DNA of 61,803 nucleotides, counting the filler, from Choristocarpus tenellus KU-1152 (Eukaryota; Protista; Phaeophyceae): the NCBI GenBank assembly GCA_964200185.2. It is 13 parts of 13 records of this genome, joined end to end, with 100 filler letters (N's around TTAATTAATTAA, not from the genome) between each part and the next. Parts side by side here need not be neighbours in the genome. Positions count along the whole stretch, not along the records: positions 37,974 to 42,159 come from CAXNAD020015792.1; positions 42,260 to 49,794 come from CAXNAD020005997.1; positions 49,895 to 53,490 come from CAXNAD020019046.1; 10 more parts are not named here. The stretch is one strand, 5' to 3'. The position numbers and the translations under genes were made by a program. This document shows, one piece after another, positions 38,980 to 50,737 of the stretch. Each line of letters opens with the position of its first letter. Position 1 is the first letter of the stretch. The notes below the pieces were generated by a model that saw only the letters and a list, made by a program, of their open reading frames with translations, made no database searches and was not told the DNA's origin.

Positions 38980-41229
38980 CTCCATCAACAAAAAGCACAT
39001 CTTCCTCCATGCCAGTGGGAGTACCAAAGAGGTGCGCCATTGCACCCAGCTGAGGTGGCGTGGGGCATATATCAAACGTCCTTTTGAGCTGTTCCTTGAA
39101 TTCTGTGGGTGACATTGTCCTTACCTGGTCCCGGTCAGCCGACAATCGGTCACCCCCAACATTGCTTAGGGCTGTCTGTTATAGAACAATGCTTTAATGT
39201 AACCCTTAAAGTTGAGGGTGGAAGTATCCTATTGATTCAGTGCGACATTTTGACCATTCTATTGGTGAAAAGTTGATTTTCGCAGCATGGTGCTTACACC
39301 TTGAAATCTTGCAATATGACTGTTGTTGATGATGATCTATGCAGTGGCCCTACCGCATCAACGATTATTTAAAAAATTGGGCTAGTTTGATACACAAGAA
39401 TGTTTACACATAGGGCACTCCTCCACACTAGAAGGTATCCAAATCACACCCCTACTTCAGTAAGAACTGAATGGTAAGGCTGGCAATATCTTATCCTGCA
39501 AGTACTTCTCCGACTTGCAAAACTGTGTGCTTCATTACAGCAATGTAGATTTCATCCTCACCAAACAGTGTCTCTGTGTCTCTCGTCTAGTTGAGAGTCA
39601 AATTATCTTAGAGGGTAGAGCCGTGTCCGTTTGGGGGCCAAAATCCAATGTTGAGATTTTGGTGAAACTTTGGCTGTTGTGTTTGTTAAGAAGTGTCAAT
39701 ATCCTTGTTCTGAACACACCTTTTCAAAACGTACACATTTTACCTACTCCGAAACATTTCGGATTAGGAAAATGTCACAAAAAAACTCTAAGGGAAGCCA
39801 AGCCCCAAACGGACAAACAGGGAAAAATTCGTACCCTAACCCTAACATACTTTCACTGTGAACATAACTCCAAAGGCCACTCACCTCCCAGGCCTTAAGT
39901 CCTGCAGGGCCAAGGTTGCGTCGATCATATCTTGCTGCAGCAGCAATGATTGAATCGAGGATATCATCTAGATCCTGCAATTTTGTTAATGTGATATTGT
40001 GCACAAGCGTCAGCGCGCGGATGTGAAGGAGTGTGTTCAATGTGTGTGTGTTTGTTCTGAGAGTCTTTTATGGGGATGCTAATATATATTGACGTCTTAT
40101 CAGTCAAAGTTGTGCCATTAGTAGGATCATGGATCCGTAGAAACTGTAAGTAGTATGTTCAAGGAACTTGATGGTCTATCTAGCATAGTTCAGTTGTTGC
40201 TGGCTTCTTTGAGAAGGAGGCGTGTCTGACTTGATCAGGAGTCTTTTCCTGGATTTCTTCATTGGAAATGCTTCCCCCAATAATATTGCAGTGCACTCTT
40301 TGAGAACCCTGGGACATCAATAACACGTCACAAGGTAGCGGCGATTGATATTGCTACAACAAACATAACTGCTCCAGAGGAGGGAAAACTATCATTTTTT
40401 GTTGGGGGTTAGGGTTAGGACAGTAGCAAATGCTGAGAGGCAGAACTTTCATCGGACCTCTCTGCCTGTTTCTTCAAGGAGTGCGACATATTATATCTTT
40501 GTCAGAATAGCAAAGCAGCCTCCAGGAAATCCCACTTGCAGGGAGGATGCCTCGACAGCATGTCAGCACAACTCAAATCGCGTTAAATTTTTCTCTAGCA
40601 AATCGCTGCCATGTGAACCTTTCTCCAGTCTAGATAGTATTGCCCCAAACCTATCGGGAAAAATCAATTTCGTACATGCTATTGGAGTACTGCTATGAAC
40701 GTTGTATTTCCACAAGACTCAAAGTATCTGGGGGGGGGGTGGCGGCTGTCCTTTCGAGGTCCATTTTTCCATATCGTGATTTTTTGGTGGTTTGGTTGGA
40801 TGCATCGGATGGATAACGTAAGTGCACTTTCCTGGTCAGGGCTTGAATGGACACCCTGGTGTAGACTCCCCCCCCCCCCCCCCCCGCCACCTCCAGCCCC
40901 CCAACAGTAATAAATTGGGGCCTTGGAACAGTCTGTTTCCTCATGAACTTCCAGACAGGTTCCAAAGGTTTATAGAGCTTGCCAGATCTGCAATTCATAC
41001 AAACAAATATTAATCCTCATTTCGGATGTAGGTCTGGACTAGTTTGTGCTTATTCTCAAATAATCATTTTCCTCTTATCGCGGACCTAGCTCTCACTTTC
41101 TCACCACTGCCCTGTACCTTTTCTGAGTAGGGCTCAAGGGCAGACTGTCCCCTCCTTTCATTCTCGTAGATGCGCTGCTGCTCCTCTCTTGCCAGTGCGT
41201 CTTTCCTAAGCATTGTCTCCTCTCTCCGC
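38980..41229 (-). CDS. Uncharacterised coiled-coil + EF-hand-like protein, three internal exons
   Basis: Exons 41229-41118 (RREETMLRKDALAREEQQRIYENERRGQSALEPYSEK), 39974-39885 (DLDDILDSIIAAAARYDRRNLGPAGLKAWE) and 39124-38980 (VRTMSPTEFKEQLKRTFDICPTPPQLGAMAHLFG...VDG). Canonical splice sites, phase-0 joins. The EF-hand likeness is inferred. Confidence 0.7.
39595..39858 (+). mobile_element. MITE family A copy (TSD TGA), intronic
   Basis: TGA|GAGTCAAATTATCTTAGAGGGTA ... CATACTTTCACTG|TGA. Confidence 0.9.
40716..40885. mobile_element. MITE family B (subfamily B1)
   Basis: GACTCAAAGTATCT + poly-G ... AATGGACACCCTGGTGTAGAC + poly-C; matches 58418-58575. Confidence 0.7.
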
Positions 41230-42089
41230 CTTTGTTGAGCAGATAGAGAATAGAAGAGAGGGTGAATGGAGTCAAGTTCAGTGTGGTGGGGGTGGGGTAG
41301 GGTGGACCCTTAAGTGATGAACAGACAACAAATCAGATGCCAGGCAACATATGTCTTGACTGGGGGGCTCTGCAATGAAACTAGACAGTTCAAATAGCTG
41401 AAAGCGTGTATCACCATGCCCTTTGTGGATCTTAATCCTGGTGCTTCGTCTTGTCCTCTTGCAGTACAGCATTGGGAATCAGGCGTGAGAGGTTGTTGTT
41501 CATTTTTTGTCACTAGGCCTATTCTAATTTCGAATTGTACTCAGAAGACCGAATCCACCTTATTTATGCAGTTGCTATGTACCCTTGAGTGACGCACAGG
41601 TTTTGTTGGTCGCACACACACTCTAGACTTCAAGCAACGCCATGTAGCTAGAATTATTGTCTCCCAAAGACATGCCGCAGCAGGAGTGCTTACCGTAGCC
41701 ATTTCTTCCCAAGATTATCTACTTGATCTTGGTGATGTGTTCAAACCATGACTGTAGTAAGTCTAGACCCTGGCTTCGTTTTGTAGTAGTGACTGAGGAA
41801 AGATGAAGGGATATACTTCTGCCTTGGTTGCATGTTTCTCTGACTCCCTCTGAAAGGAGAATGGGAAAAGGTGACCTTTGGTGTGTCCTCCTATCCCCGC
41901 ACAAGAAAATGTGTAGGATTTTGTCGTGGGGTTTCTGGATCCAGAATCGCAGAGGAGCCAATCGATTTATCTATGCATTCTTGGCAAAGTGAAGCTTGGA
42001 GTACAGCACAGTTTAAGGTTATGATGCCATTAAACCCTAACCCCTAACCAATAGCCCAAGTTCAACACAATATAATAATTGCCAGAACA

Positions 42090-42159
42090 GGGTCAAAGTA
42101 TCTGGGGAGGGGGGGGGGGTGGTTTGTGATGGGGCGTCCATTTCGGTCAAACAACTATT
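42090..42159. mobile_element. MITE family B (B2) fragment at contig end
   Basis: GGGTCAAAGTATCT + poly-G, then the same interior as 24547. Confidence 0.7.
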
Positions 42160-42259
42160 NNNNNNNNNNNNNNNNNNNNNNNNNNNNNNNNNNNNNNNNN
42201 NNNTTAATTAATTAANNNNNNNNNNNNNNNNNNNNNNNNNNNNNNNNNNNNNNNNNNNN
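42160..42259. other. Artificial contig spacer
   Basis: 44 N + TTAATTAATTAA + 44 N. Confidence 0.97.
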
Positions 42260-42413
42260 GGGGTCTACACTAGGGTGTGTCCATTTGGACCAAAATCAGG
42301 AAAGTGCATTTTCAGTATCCATCCGACGTATGCAACCAAATCACCCAAAAATCGTGACATGAAAAAATTGACCACAATTATACAGCCACTACCCCCTCCC
42401 AGACACTTTGAGC
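42260..42413. mobile_element. MITE family B (B1) at contig start
   Basis: Highly similar to 53591-53767; ends CCCAGACACTTTGAGC. Confidence 0.75.
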
Positions 42414-42429
42414 CTCACTGCCCATCTTG

Positions 42430-45400
42430 TTCTTTGGCATTGGTGTATTTGTGCGCCTTTTCTTGCAAGGAGGCTTCTCTTCTCCTGTTTTTCCTTTTAC
42501 TTCTACCCTTTCTTTGACGGTAGGGTCAAAAGGTTGCCAAACAAAAGTGTTAGAGGCGTTAAGCGGGGGGAGGAGTTGCTGTGGGGTGTGTGTCGAGCCT
42601 ACACTAGGTATTTCATCTGGGGCCATCCAACCAGAGGGCGGGGGTATACACACTGGCAGACTTTGATCCTGGGAACTACTGAGTGGTAACTAGCCTCTAA
42701 CTCCTAAGCCTCGGTTATCAGGTCCCCTGTGACAGCCTTGCAGGGCTGACAGAATTCCTGAGAGTGTGGCATCAGCTGTTTCCTTAAGTAACATTTGTGC
42801 TACACCTAGACTCGGTTCATCATGTGAGGGAGGGGTGTACTCTAGTTCTGAATCTACCAACGCACAGAGAGAGCAAGGGGACAGTGTGGGGTGACCTGGG
42901 CTTAGGTCTGATGTACCTAAACCCTGCAAACATACACCATCTAAGACAGGTCCTCGTGGTCCAGCGTAGTTCTTGCTATACGCGACTGACGGATCGTCAG
43001 GAAAAGAATCGTCGATATCCAAACCTTGGTCTGTGGGTGAGGAAAGTCGTGACAGTCCGTCTGGTAGTTGGTGTTTCGAACCTGCTCGCCACTTAAGTTC
43101 CATATCATGGTCCATAAGACGGAGGGCCCACCTATGGAGCTTGGGGCTAAGTTCACGACTCTTGAAGAGCCAAGTCAGGGCGGAGAAGTCAGTGACTAGG
43201 GTGAATCTCCTACCCCAAATGTAGGAGAGGAAGTGCTCTACAGCCCACAAGATAGCCATGCATTCCCTTTCAGTGGGCGCCCTCCTACTGTCTGATTTAG
43301 ACCATCTATCGCTAGCATAAGCTATGACATGCTCTTGGTCATCATCCTGTGCCTGGGTCAGAGTTGCTCCAGCCCCTTCCTCACTAGCATCAGTATGGAG
43401 GAGGAACTTATTATCCCAGTCAGGAAAGACTAGGATTGGTGGAGAGACCAGACGCACCTTAAGTTCTTCAAAGGCTTTCTGCTCCTCCGTTCCCCAAGGG
43501 ATACTCTTCTTCCTGTCTCTTTTGGAAGCATACCATTTATTCCGGAGGATATTAGTCAGAGGTGCAACTACTTGGCCATAGTTCGGTACAAACTATCACA
43601 TGTATCCTGCCATGCCTAGGAAACATCTCAACTGCTCAACTGTAGAGGGGGATTAAGTTTTGCTACTGCTATCATTTTTGATGGAGCAGGACTCAAGCCA
43701 TCTCTACCTACCTTCATTCCTACAAATTCTTGTGAGGGTACGCACTACGAGGATTTGGGAAAGTTCACAGACAGACCGTATTGCTTGAGTCTGGTAAGAA
43801 GGAGGTGAAGTTTGGTCATGTGTTCATCAAATGATGAGCTATAGCAAAAAAGATTGTCCAGCCAGTTTTCTACACCATTTTCTTTGAGATCCCCTAATGC
43901 CTCTCTCATGTTACTAAAGATTACTGAAGGTAAGATTTTCAACCCAAAGCCACACCTGTTATATTCCCAAAGTTGTCCATGAGCGTCACGAAAGGCTGCC
44001 TTATGTTAGTCTACCTCTGCGATTTCTAGTTGAATGAATCCCGATGCTGGATATATGGCAGTGAAATAGCTAGAACACTTAAGCTTATCAAAGATGCTGG
44101 TGATATTCCCGAGACCTCCACTATCACTACGTGAGAGATCATTGAGCATCCTATAGTCTGTGCACAACCTCAGAGTCCCATCTTTCTTACGTACTACTAC
44201 TACTGCTGCTGCCCATGCTGAGGTGGAGGGTCTGATAATACCACGTTCCTGCAACTGTTTGACCTCGGCCTGAATCATCTGGATTTCTTCAGGGGAAAAG
44301 CGCCATTGTTTCGCTGCATAGGGTGTACAGTTCTCGTCTAATAGTGGTATATGTAGCACTCCTCTAGGGCAAGGGGGAACTCGTTTGGGGTCTTCAGGGA
44401 ATACTCCTAAATTTCTAAACTCTTCCAACAGTTCCACCAACTTTTTCTTCTGACCTGGTGTCTGCTGTCCCATATTGGCATCGCTGAGGCTCACCGATTG
44501 ATGTCGGACCTCCTTGGCTTCACCTGAAGGGGTGTCTACTTCTTCTGCTATCGGGCAGTCACCAGTCTCGTCTGCTTCTGGGGAATGCCTTGTCTGAAAA
44601 CCAGTCTTGGCAAGCAGAGCTGTGCTTTTTGAGGATCTTTGGGGGGATGGGCTAGTGACTGAAAGAGTGCAACCACCCTCTCTGTATCTTAGAGTGAAAG
44701 TACCTTAGAGGGTACGAGTTTTCTACTGTTTGTCCATTTGGGGCTTGGCATCCCATGAGGTTTTTTATTATATTTTCCTCCTCCAAAATGTTTTGGAGTA
44801 GGTCAAATGTCTACGTTATGCAAAGGTCTGCCCGGAACAGGGATATTGGCACTTCATAACAAACAAAATAGCCAAAATTACATCAAAAGCGCAACATTGG
44901 AATTTGGCGCCCAAATGGACGCGGCCCTCCCCCCTAAGATACTTTGACTCTTTAGTATTCAGAGCAATCGCCTTTGCAACTGGCAGCCCTGCCTGGACAC
45001 TACTGGGCTTACTGCACGTATTTACCAGCTTGCAATAAATGGGGGTTCCTGGGTTCCACCATTGTACACCTCTGGCAACTCCGACAGCATTCCCTAATTC
45101 CAGGTTATACTCTGCTACGGGCTCAATCATCACCAACTGTCTAGACTGTGGTTGTGCCCCTTTGACAAATCCTTTGCAGACTTTGCTGACAAACCCTTCT
45201 ACATGTTCTACTTCTGACAGACGCAATTCCCATTGCAAAGTCCCATCATCCTCCCACGCTACCTCTACCGGAAGGGGTACTACACCTAGACTATCCAATG
45301 ATCGGGCCAGGGGATCCTTGTCCTGGGCAAGATCTGTTGTGGCGATACACCTGCCTCTGGATCCGTTTCTTGGGTGCCTGCTTCTGGGTCTACATAAAAA

Positions 45401-46330
45401 AAAGTTGCATGTTCCTTTTCTGGTGGTGTATGCTCGTCAGTTAGAGTACTAGTGCATCTTGGGAGTCTAGGGACTGCGTCAGGGGGGGGTTCTCTACATC
45501 CAGCGGATCTGGAGTTATTGGGAGGCAGTCTGTGGTACTTGGATGGTCGGGTTGTGGGTGTCATTGATGCTTGCCATTCTCCTAGGGCTGACAGGGGTGC
45601 ATTGTTATCTCGAGATCGGTGTGTCACAGCTCGAACAAAAGGTATCCATGGTGAATTTGGAGCAGGTCGAAAGCCTTCCCCCTCTCTAAATGACAGTATG
45701 CTCTTTTCTGCCTACAGAATGCTGCTCACAGAACCATCCCGTAAGGTAAGTCTTCCACCACTCTAAATGTCACATTATGGACTCTATCCTCTGGGGGAAA
45801 AAATATTGGCAGTATGCAGGATCCTAGCACCTACATAGGTGGGGTACTGCTTCCTTTCGGGTTTGCCGCATGCAACCTTCCCTATCGGTTTGGTTAAGGT
45901 GAGGTAGGCCGGTGCTGCCTCCCCAGAGAGTAGTACTGCGCCAAAAGCAGACGAAATGTAGTTCCCACCTCCTGCACCTGTGTCAAGGAGTATCTAACAG
46001 GGCGTTCTCGAGCGAACTTTGCGAGGGTGCCACAGCAGTGCAGATAGCCATACTTGACTAGTTCGTTGGGCAGTTGACATAGTGGATATTGTTTAGGTAA
46101 GTGTGGGGGTCATGCTTCCTATGGCTACAGTGTCTAAGTTCCCTCGAGCTGAAGACTCCAGCTTCTTTTGTATGGTGTAAGTGTAGAGGAGAGGAGAGAG
46201 ATGACTTTGGAGAGGTTTGATGACAAGGGTCGTTAATGTAGAGGAAATGGTCTGGTCGGGGACACCGTCTTGAGAATAGAGATTTAGGTCGTATCTTTTA
46301 ATGGTGTTTTGTTTTTGTGAGTTGGGGACG
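42430..46330 (-). mobile_element. Decayed Ty3/Gypsy LTR retrotransposon pol (protease - RT - RNase H)
   Basis: Protease ILLDTGAG (about 45970-45995). RT GIIRPSTSAWAAAVVVVRKKDGTLRLCTDYR, AFRDAHGQLWEYNRCGFGL and WLDN in place of YLDD (44494-43745). RNase H FLLHTDAS..GAGATLTQ..IAYAS..ERECMAILWAVEHF..FTLVTD (43457-43050). Gypsy domain order; stops and frameshifts; boundaries approximate. Confidence 0.92.
44692..44950 (-). mobile_element. MITE family A inserted into the Gypsy pol
   Basis: Full TIRs, flanks TTA/TTT. Removing it plus 3 bp restores the frame ...IALNTK-DTERVVALFQS. Confidence 0.9.
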
Positions 46331-47421
46331 TGAGGAAAGACTTGTGTCAGAAATCGTCAGGTAAAACCTACAATGATTTGTGAAGCCGATATCCATGTTT
46401 TCTCCTACAGCAATGACAGCCACACCAATTCAAAATTTAAAATGTTCCGAAATACGGCTTTATAATTTCCCTTTCGATTCCTGTGAAGTCCTTCCTCATG
46501 TCCACAACTTACAAAATTATAATCTCTTCAATGCACAGCCCCAAGGACACATGCTCCCAACGATTGTCTTGGATAACATACCATATAATAGACAAATGGG
46601 CTTCAAGCGAGCCAAATGAATTTAGAGGTAGGCAGGGTTGCGTTTAAAGGATCCCAAGAAAAGGTAAAATCACGCCATTTTGTGCTATTCAAGAAAGAGC
46701 CTTTGTTGCACTGTGGTATCTCTTTGCGTGTGGAAAGGGGGAGTATAATTTTTGCGTACACTATTGTGTGCATAGAGCAATGAAATAGAGTTCATTGCAT
46801 AGGGTAAGAAAGATAGCTTGGAATGCAAAAGGGTCCAAATCTGCCTACCTCTCAATTGGTTAACCTCAAGCATCGTTTGGAAAATTGTGACCACCAAGGA
46901 AATGACCTCGGGTGTTATCCTGGACGAGGGATTATTTGACCAAATCTGACCGAGTGTTATGAGTCAACCTATACATGTGTTCAGTGCTGCGTCGTCTGAG
47001 GTGTGAAATACAATGTGCTTTGGAAAAAAAATAAGGGTCTTTCACGTAGTGCAGAGTTTTCTTTACAAGATCATGCGAAGTTAGTCATCTCTTCCTTGAA
47101 TGGAACAGCCATTTTCTACAGTTTGATATCTTTCTTCTTGGTTTCTTCAAGTGTATAGTTTTAAACTACTTTACTGTAGCCCCAGTAGTTATGATTGATT
47201 CACATAACACAAAATGCCCCATATACAAGACAAAATGAATGGCAAAAAAACGTCAGAAGTCAACACCCTCCAAGTACTACTGTATTCCTTACAATCGATC
47301 CTTGGTCCAGAACACAAAGCTATTTCCCCGTTTCTATTGAGAGTTGAGGGAAAATTAAAGTATGAAGAAGAAAACAGTTTCATAGGGAAAATATTATTTC
47401 AATAGCAGGGACCATCCTTGT

Positions 47422-47868
47422 TGCTGGTTCCACAACATTACTAGCCTCAAGGGCAGCCTTGGATATCACAGGGTACAATAGTTAATCAATTGCCTCCCTC
47501 CAGGAAAAGTGCAACTCCATGTGCATCCTGCCCTACCATGTGGAACACACAATCATTTCTGTATACGTATTGTACAATCACATTCACAACCTTATTATAG
47601 CCCATATCACATCTAGACCAATATAGCACATTTATTAAGCACGAGCGCTGTGCTGGTTCCACAGCACCACCTACTCAAAGGGTAGCCTTGGATATCGCAG
47701 GGCGCAATACCTAATCAATGCCTTCCTCCAGGAAAAGCGCAACCTCATATCCCCTGACCTACCAAATGGAACACACAACCATCCCTACCTATGTATTGTA
47801 CAATCACCCTTACAACCTCATGATAGTCCCTGATCATATTTAGGGCAATCCAGGACATCGATCAAGTA
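47422..47868. repeat. Diverged tandem duplication, about 229-bp unit x2
   Basis: Both units begin TGCTGGTTCCACA (47422, 47651) and share AGCCTTGGATATC, CCTCCAGGAAAAG, TGGAACACACAA and GTATTGTACAATCAC. Confidence 0.85.
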
Positions 47869-48189
47869 CCCCTGCGGCTTTCCATCAAAGTTGCGGATAA
47901 GCATCACCCTCATTTCCCTGTCCCTGTGCAGACAATGCTCATATATATATATATATTCAACAGATATGAACTGGGACAAATCCCTCGAGTCGATTAGTTA
48001 TCGAAAAACAAACTAGATCATAATCGAAACTTGTCGATCAGTTGATCATTTTCTCACTGATTTGCTTTGAACTTCTAGAATGCTAATAGTGTTTCCTCAA
48101 AGGCTACCTTGCAGGTACCTTGTTGTACTTCAATTCAATCAAAGTAAATCCAATCCATCCAATCTTTTCGAGATTATAATTTATCCAGG

Positions 48190-49400
48190 GCTCACCCTCA
48201 GGGCAACTCGGGAAGTTCAGAATCGGTTGGGCTGCTTGCAAATAGTGGCGGAAACTCAAAGTCCTGCATCACGGCGAGGTAGTGCAAGTGGGAATCTGTC
48301 AAGGCTACCATCGTAAGCGACTCATTCGTTGAGGTAGTACTTGGCTTATCTTGGGACAGATATGCAAAGTAACCTTTAGGTGCTACAGAGTCGTCATGTG
48401 TATACCTGCACCTGCAACCGATAGACTTGAAGCATTCGCGACCAAAATCATGATGGAAACAAACTCGATGTGCCTTGAGCCACTCGCTCTGTCTGTGATT
48501 CTAGAGGATGTGGATCGGGGCACAGACTGGGTGGCGGGTGTTGCCAGTTGAACGGGCGTGGATGCATTGCTCTTCGAAACGAACGTGGTCCCATGTTTCC
48601 CAGGAGCAGAAGCAGGTTGATTTGTCAACGCGGCACAGACAATGGGCAGGGGGTTTTGGGACAAAACAGGTTGGAGCATCGGTGCGAGGGCCGCCAGCAC
48701 GCTGTTGACCACCTCTTGGTGTGGTGGTGGATTCTGGCTTGGCACCTCCTGCGGCAAGGATGTCCTGCTATGTTGAGGTGATTCCAGTTCCTGTCTGCCT
48801 ATCGGGGTGTCAACTGGGGCAGACAAAGGGTCGGACATGCTTGCAAACATAGCACGAGCGTTAGCCATGCTACCTAAAGCAGTAGGTGTCCTATCTTTAG
48901 ACGACGCAGGTTTGTAGCATTTTGATTGGTTGGGAAAAATGCGTACTGGTCGCTACGATTGGACAATTCTTCGATAAGATCATCAAAGATCCATTCTGCT
49001 TTAAATCCCCGCTGTACCACTTTATCTCCTAAGGGGTTATTCTGGGTAATTGCCAGTGGGCGAATTTGGTTCCGATTCTCCTTTCGAAATGAAAATGCCA
49101 TCGACTGTACTCCAATCTGATCTAGAACATTGGGAAGAAGGATAGGAAGAGTTCGTTCGCAAAGATCAATGAGTTGATCTTCAGCTATATACCTCCAAAA
49201 GAAAGTTGTCTCGCAAACATGAGGCATCCGCGAATCTACGGTGTATGCTCGATAATGTAAGACAAGCCTGTTGGCCGCAGTTTTCCACGATTCCCCTCTC
49301 TCGGTCCTTAAGAACTCATTGCGTTCTTTACGGCAGACTCTTCCAACTCTATCGGACAGTTATGGTAAAATATGTATGGAGTAATGGAACAATCAATTAG
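48190..49400 (-). mobile_element. Disrupted gag-like ORF with CCCH zinc finger (probable retroelement)
   Basis: An intron-less frame NEFLRTERGESWKTAANRL... continues through ORFs 49227-48874 and 48868-48383. After a frameshift it reads RVCFHHDFGRECFKSIGCRCRYTH (C-x8-C-x7-C-x3-H). Confidence 0.45.
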
Positions 49401-49439
49401 TGCTTGAGTTATCAGAACCTTTTATTAGTGATTAGTTGA

Positions 49440-49697
49440 GAGCCAAAGTATCTTAGAGGTTAGAGCCGCGTCAATTTGGGAGCCAAAATCCAATGTTGTG
49501 GTTTTGATGTAATTTTGGCTATTGTATTTGTTAGGAACTGCCAATATCCTTATTCCGGACACACCTTTTCATAATGTACACATTTTACTTACTCCGAAAT
49601 ATTTCGGAGGAGGAAAACGTCATAAAAACCCCGAGGAAAGCCAAGCCCAAAATGGACAAACAGGGTAAAACTCGAACCCTCTAAGATACGTTCACTA
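49440..49697 (+). mobile_element. MITE family A copy
   Basis: GAGCCAAAGTATCTTAGAGG ... CCCTCTAAGATACGTTCACTA. Confidence 0.88.
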
Positions 49698-49794
49698 TTG
49701 ATTGAGAATTTTTCTCAAATAAAAGGAAATATTTCTGATTTTATGGGCATAATGAGCAAGATGATGACACCAAATTGTCCTATTCCACCGAAAA

Positions 49795-49894
49795 NNNNNN
49801 NNNNNNNNNNNNNNNNNNNNNNNNNNNNNNNNNNNNNNTTAATTAATTAANNNNNNNNNNNNNNNNNNNNNNNNNNNNNNNNNNNNNNNNNNNN
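49795..49894. other. Artificial contig spacer
   Basis: 44 N + TTAATTAATTAA + 44 N. Confidence 0.97.
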
Positions 49895-50194
49895 GTCTTT
49901 TTTTTTTTTCTTGTTTTTGACCCTGTTTTTCTCCTTTCATTTTCGCCTTTCCACCCCCCCCCCCCCCCCCCCCCTTCCTGACTCAGCAGATCTCGCAATG
50001 TCGACAACATTTTTTTTGTTTTTAAAGTCGTACGGCAACCGCGTGCTTTTTTGGTGTACACCGGAGGAGATAACAAAAAGGTCTTCCAGATAAATTAATG
50101 TCACAGACGCCTGTACCCAGAGAAGAAGAAGAAAAAGTTCCCTGGTTTGTTTGGGACTTATCTTTTTAGTACCTGGTGATTTGGTTGCTCCGTC

Positions 50195-50333
50195 CGAAGC
50201 ATTGAGTACAGCGTGAAATACCAAGCCTAACGATAACATGCTGTGAAGTATATAGTCCTGTGTGATACTTTCGAAGCATCAAGCACAGCATAAAATACAA
50301 GGCCTAATGATAACATCCTGTGAAGTATATAGT
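50195..50333. repeat. Diverged direct repeat, 77-bp period x2
   Basis: CGAAGCAT...AAATAC...GCCTAA.GATAACAT.CTGTGAAGTATATAGT at 50195 and 50272. Confidence 0.8.
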
Positions 50334-50480
50334 AGCGTGTTGTACTACTACTGTTCATCTTCTCGTTGAGGACAGGGACAGGGGAGGTTGCAGGGTAAAC
50401 CAATCGTTCTGTTGTTTTGATGCAATGTACAGGCTGTTCCACGGTGAAAATGCTTGCATTTCGGGTCGTGACTCCTACCT

Positions 50481-50737
50481 GACCCAAATCATTTTAGAGG
50501 GGAGAAGTTTTGCCCTGTTTGTCCGTTCAGGGCTTGGCTTCCCATCAGGTTTTCTATGCCTCTTATTTTCGTTTTTTTTTGTGAATACAGTTACCCAATA
50601 TGTATACGACCATAAAGGGTGCGTCTGGAACAAGGGTATTGACACTTGCTAACAAACGCAATAGTCAAAATTCATCAAAATCTGAATTATGACCCCGAAC
50701 GGACGGCTCGGCCCTACCCTCTTAAATGCTTTGGGTC
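50481..50737 (-). mobile_element. Diverged MITE family A subfamily copy
   Basis: TIR GACCCAAA..ATTT.AGAGGG / CCCTCTTAAATGCTTTGGGTC; interior alignable to family A. Confidence 0.75.

Noticed and set aside
42430-42900. Cytosine methyltransferase or other cargo domain after the Gypsy RNase H
   Set aside because: No SAM-binding or PC motif is visible before the contig ends, so it cannot be supported.
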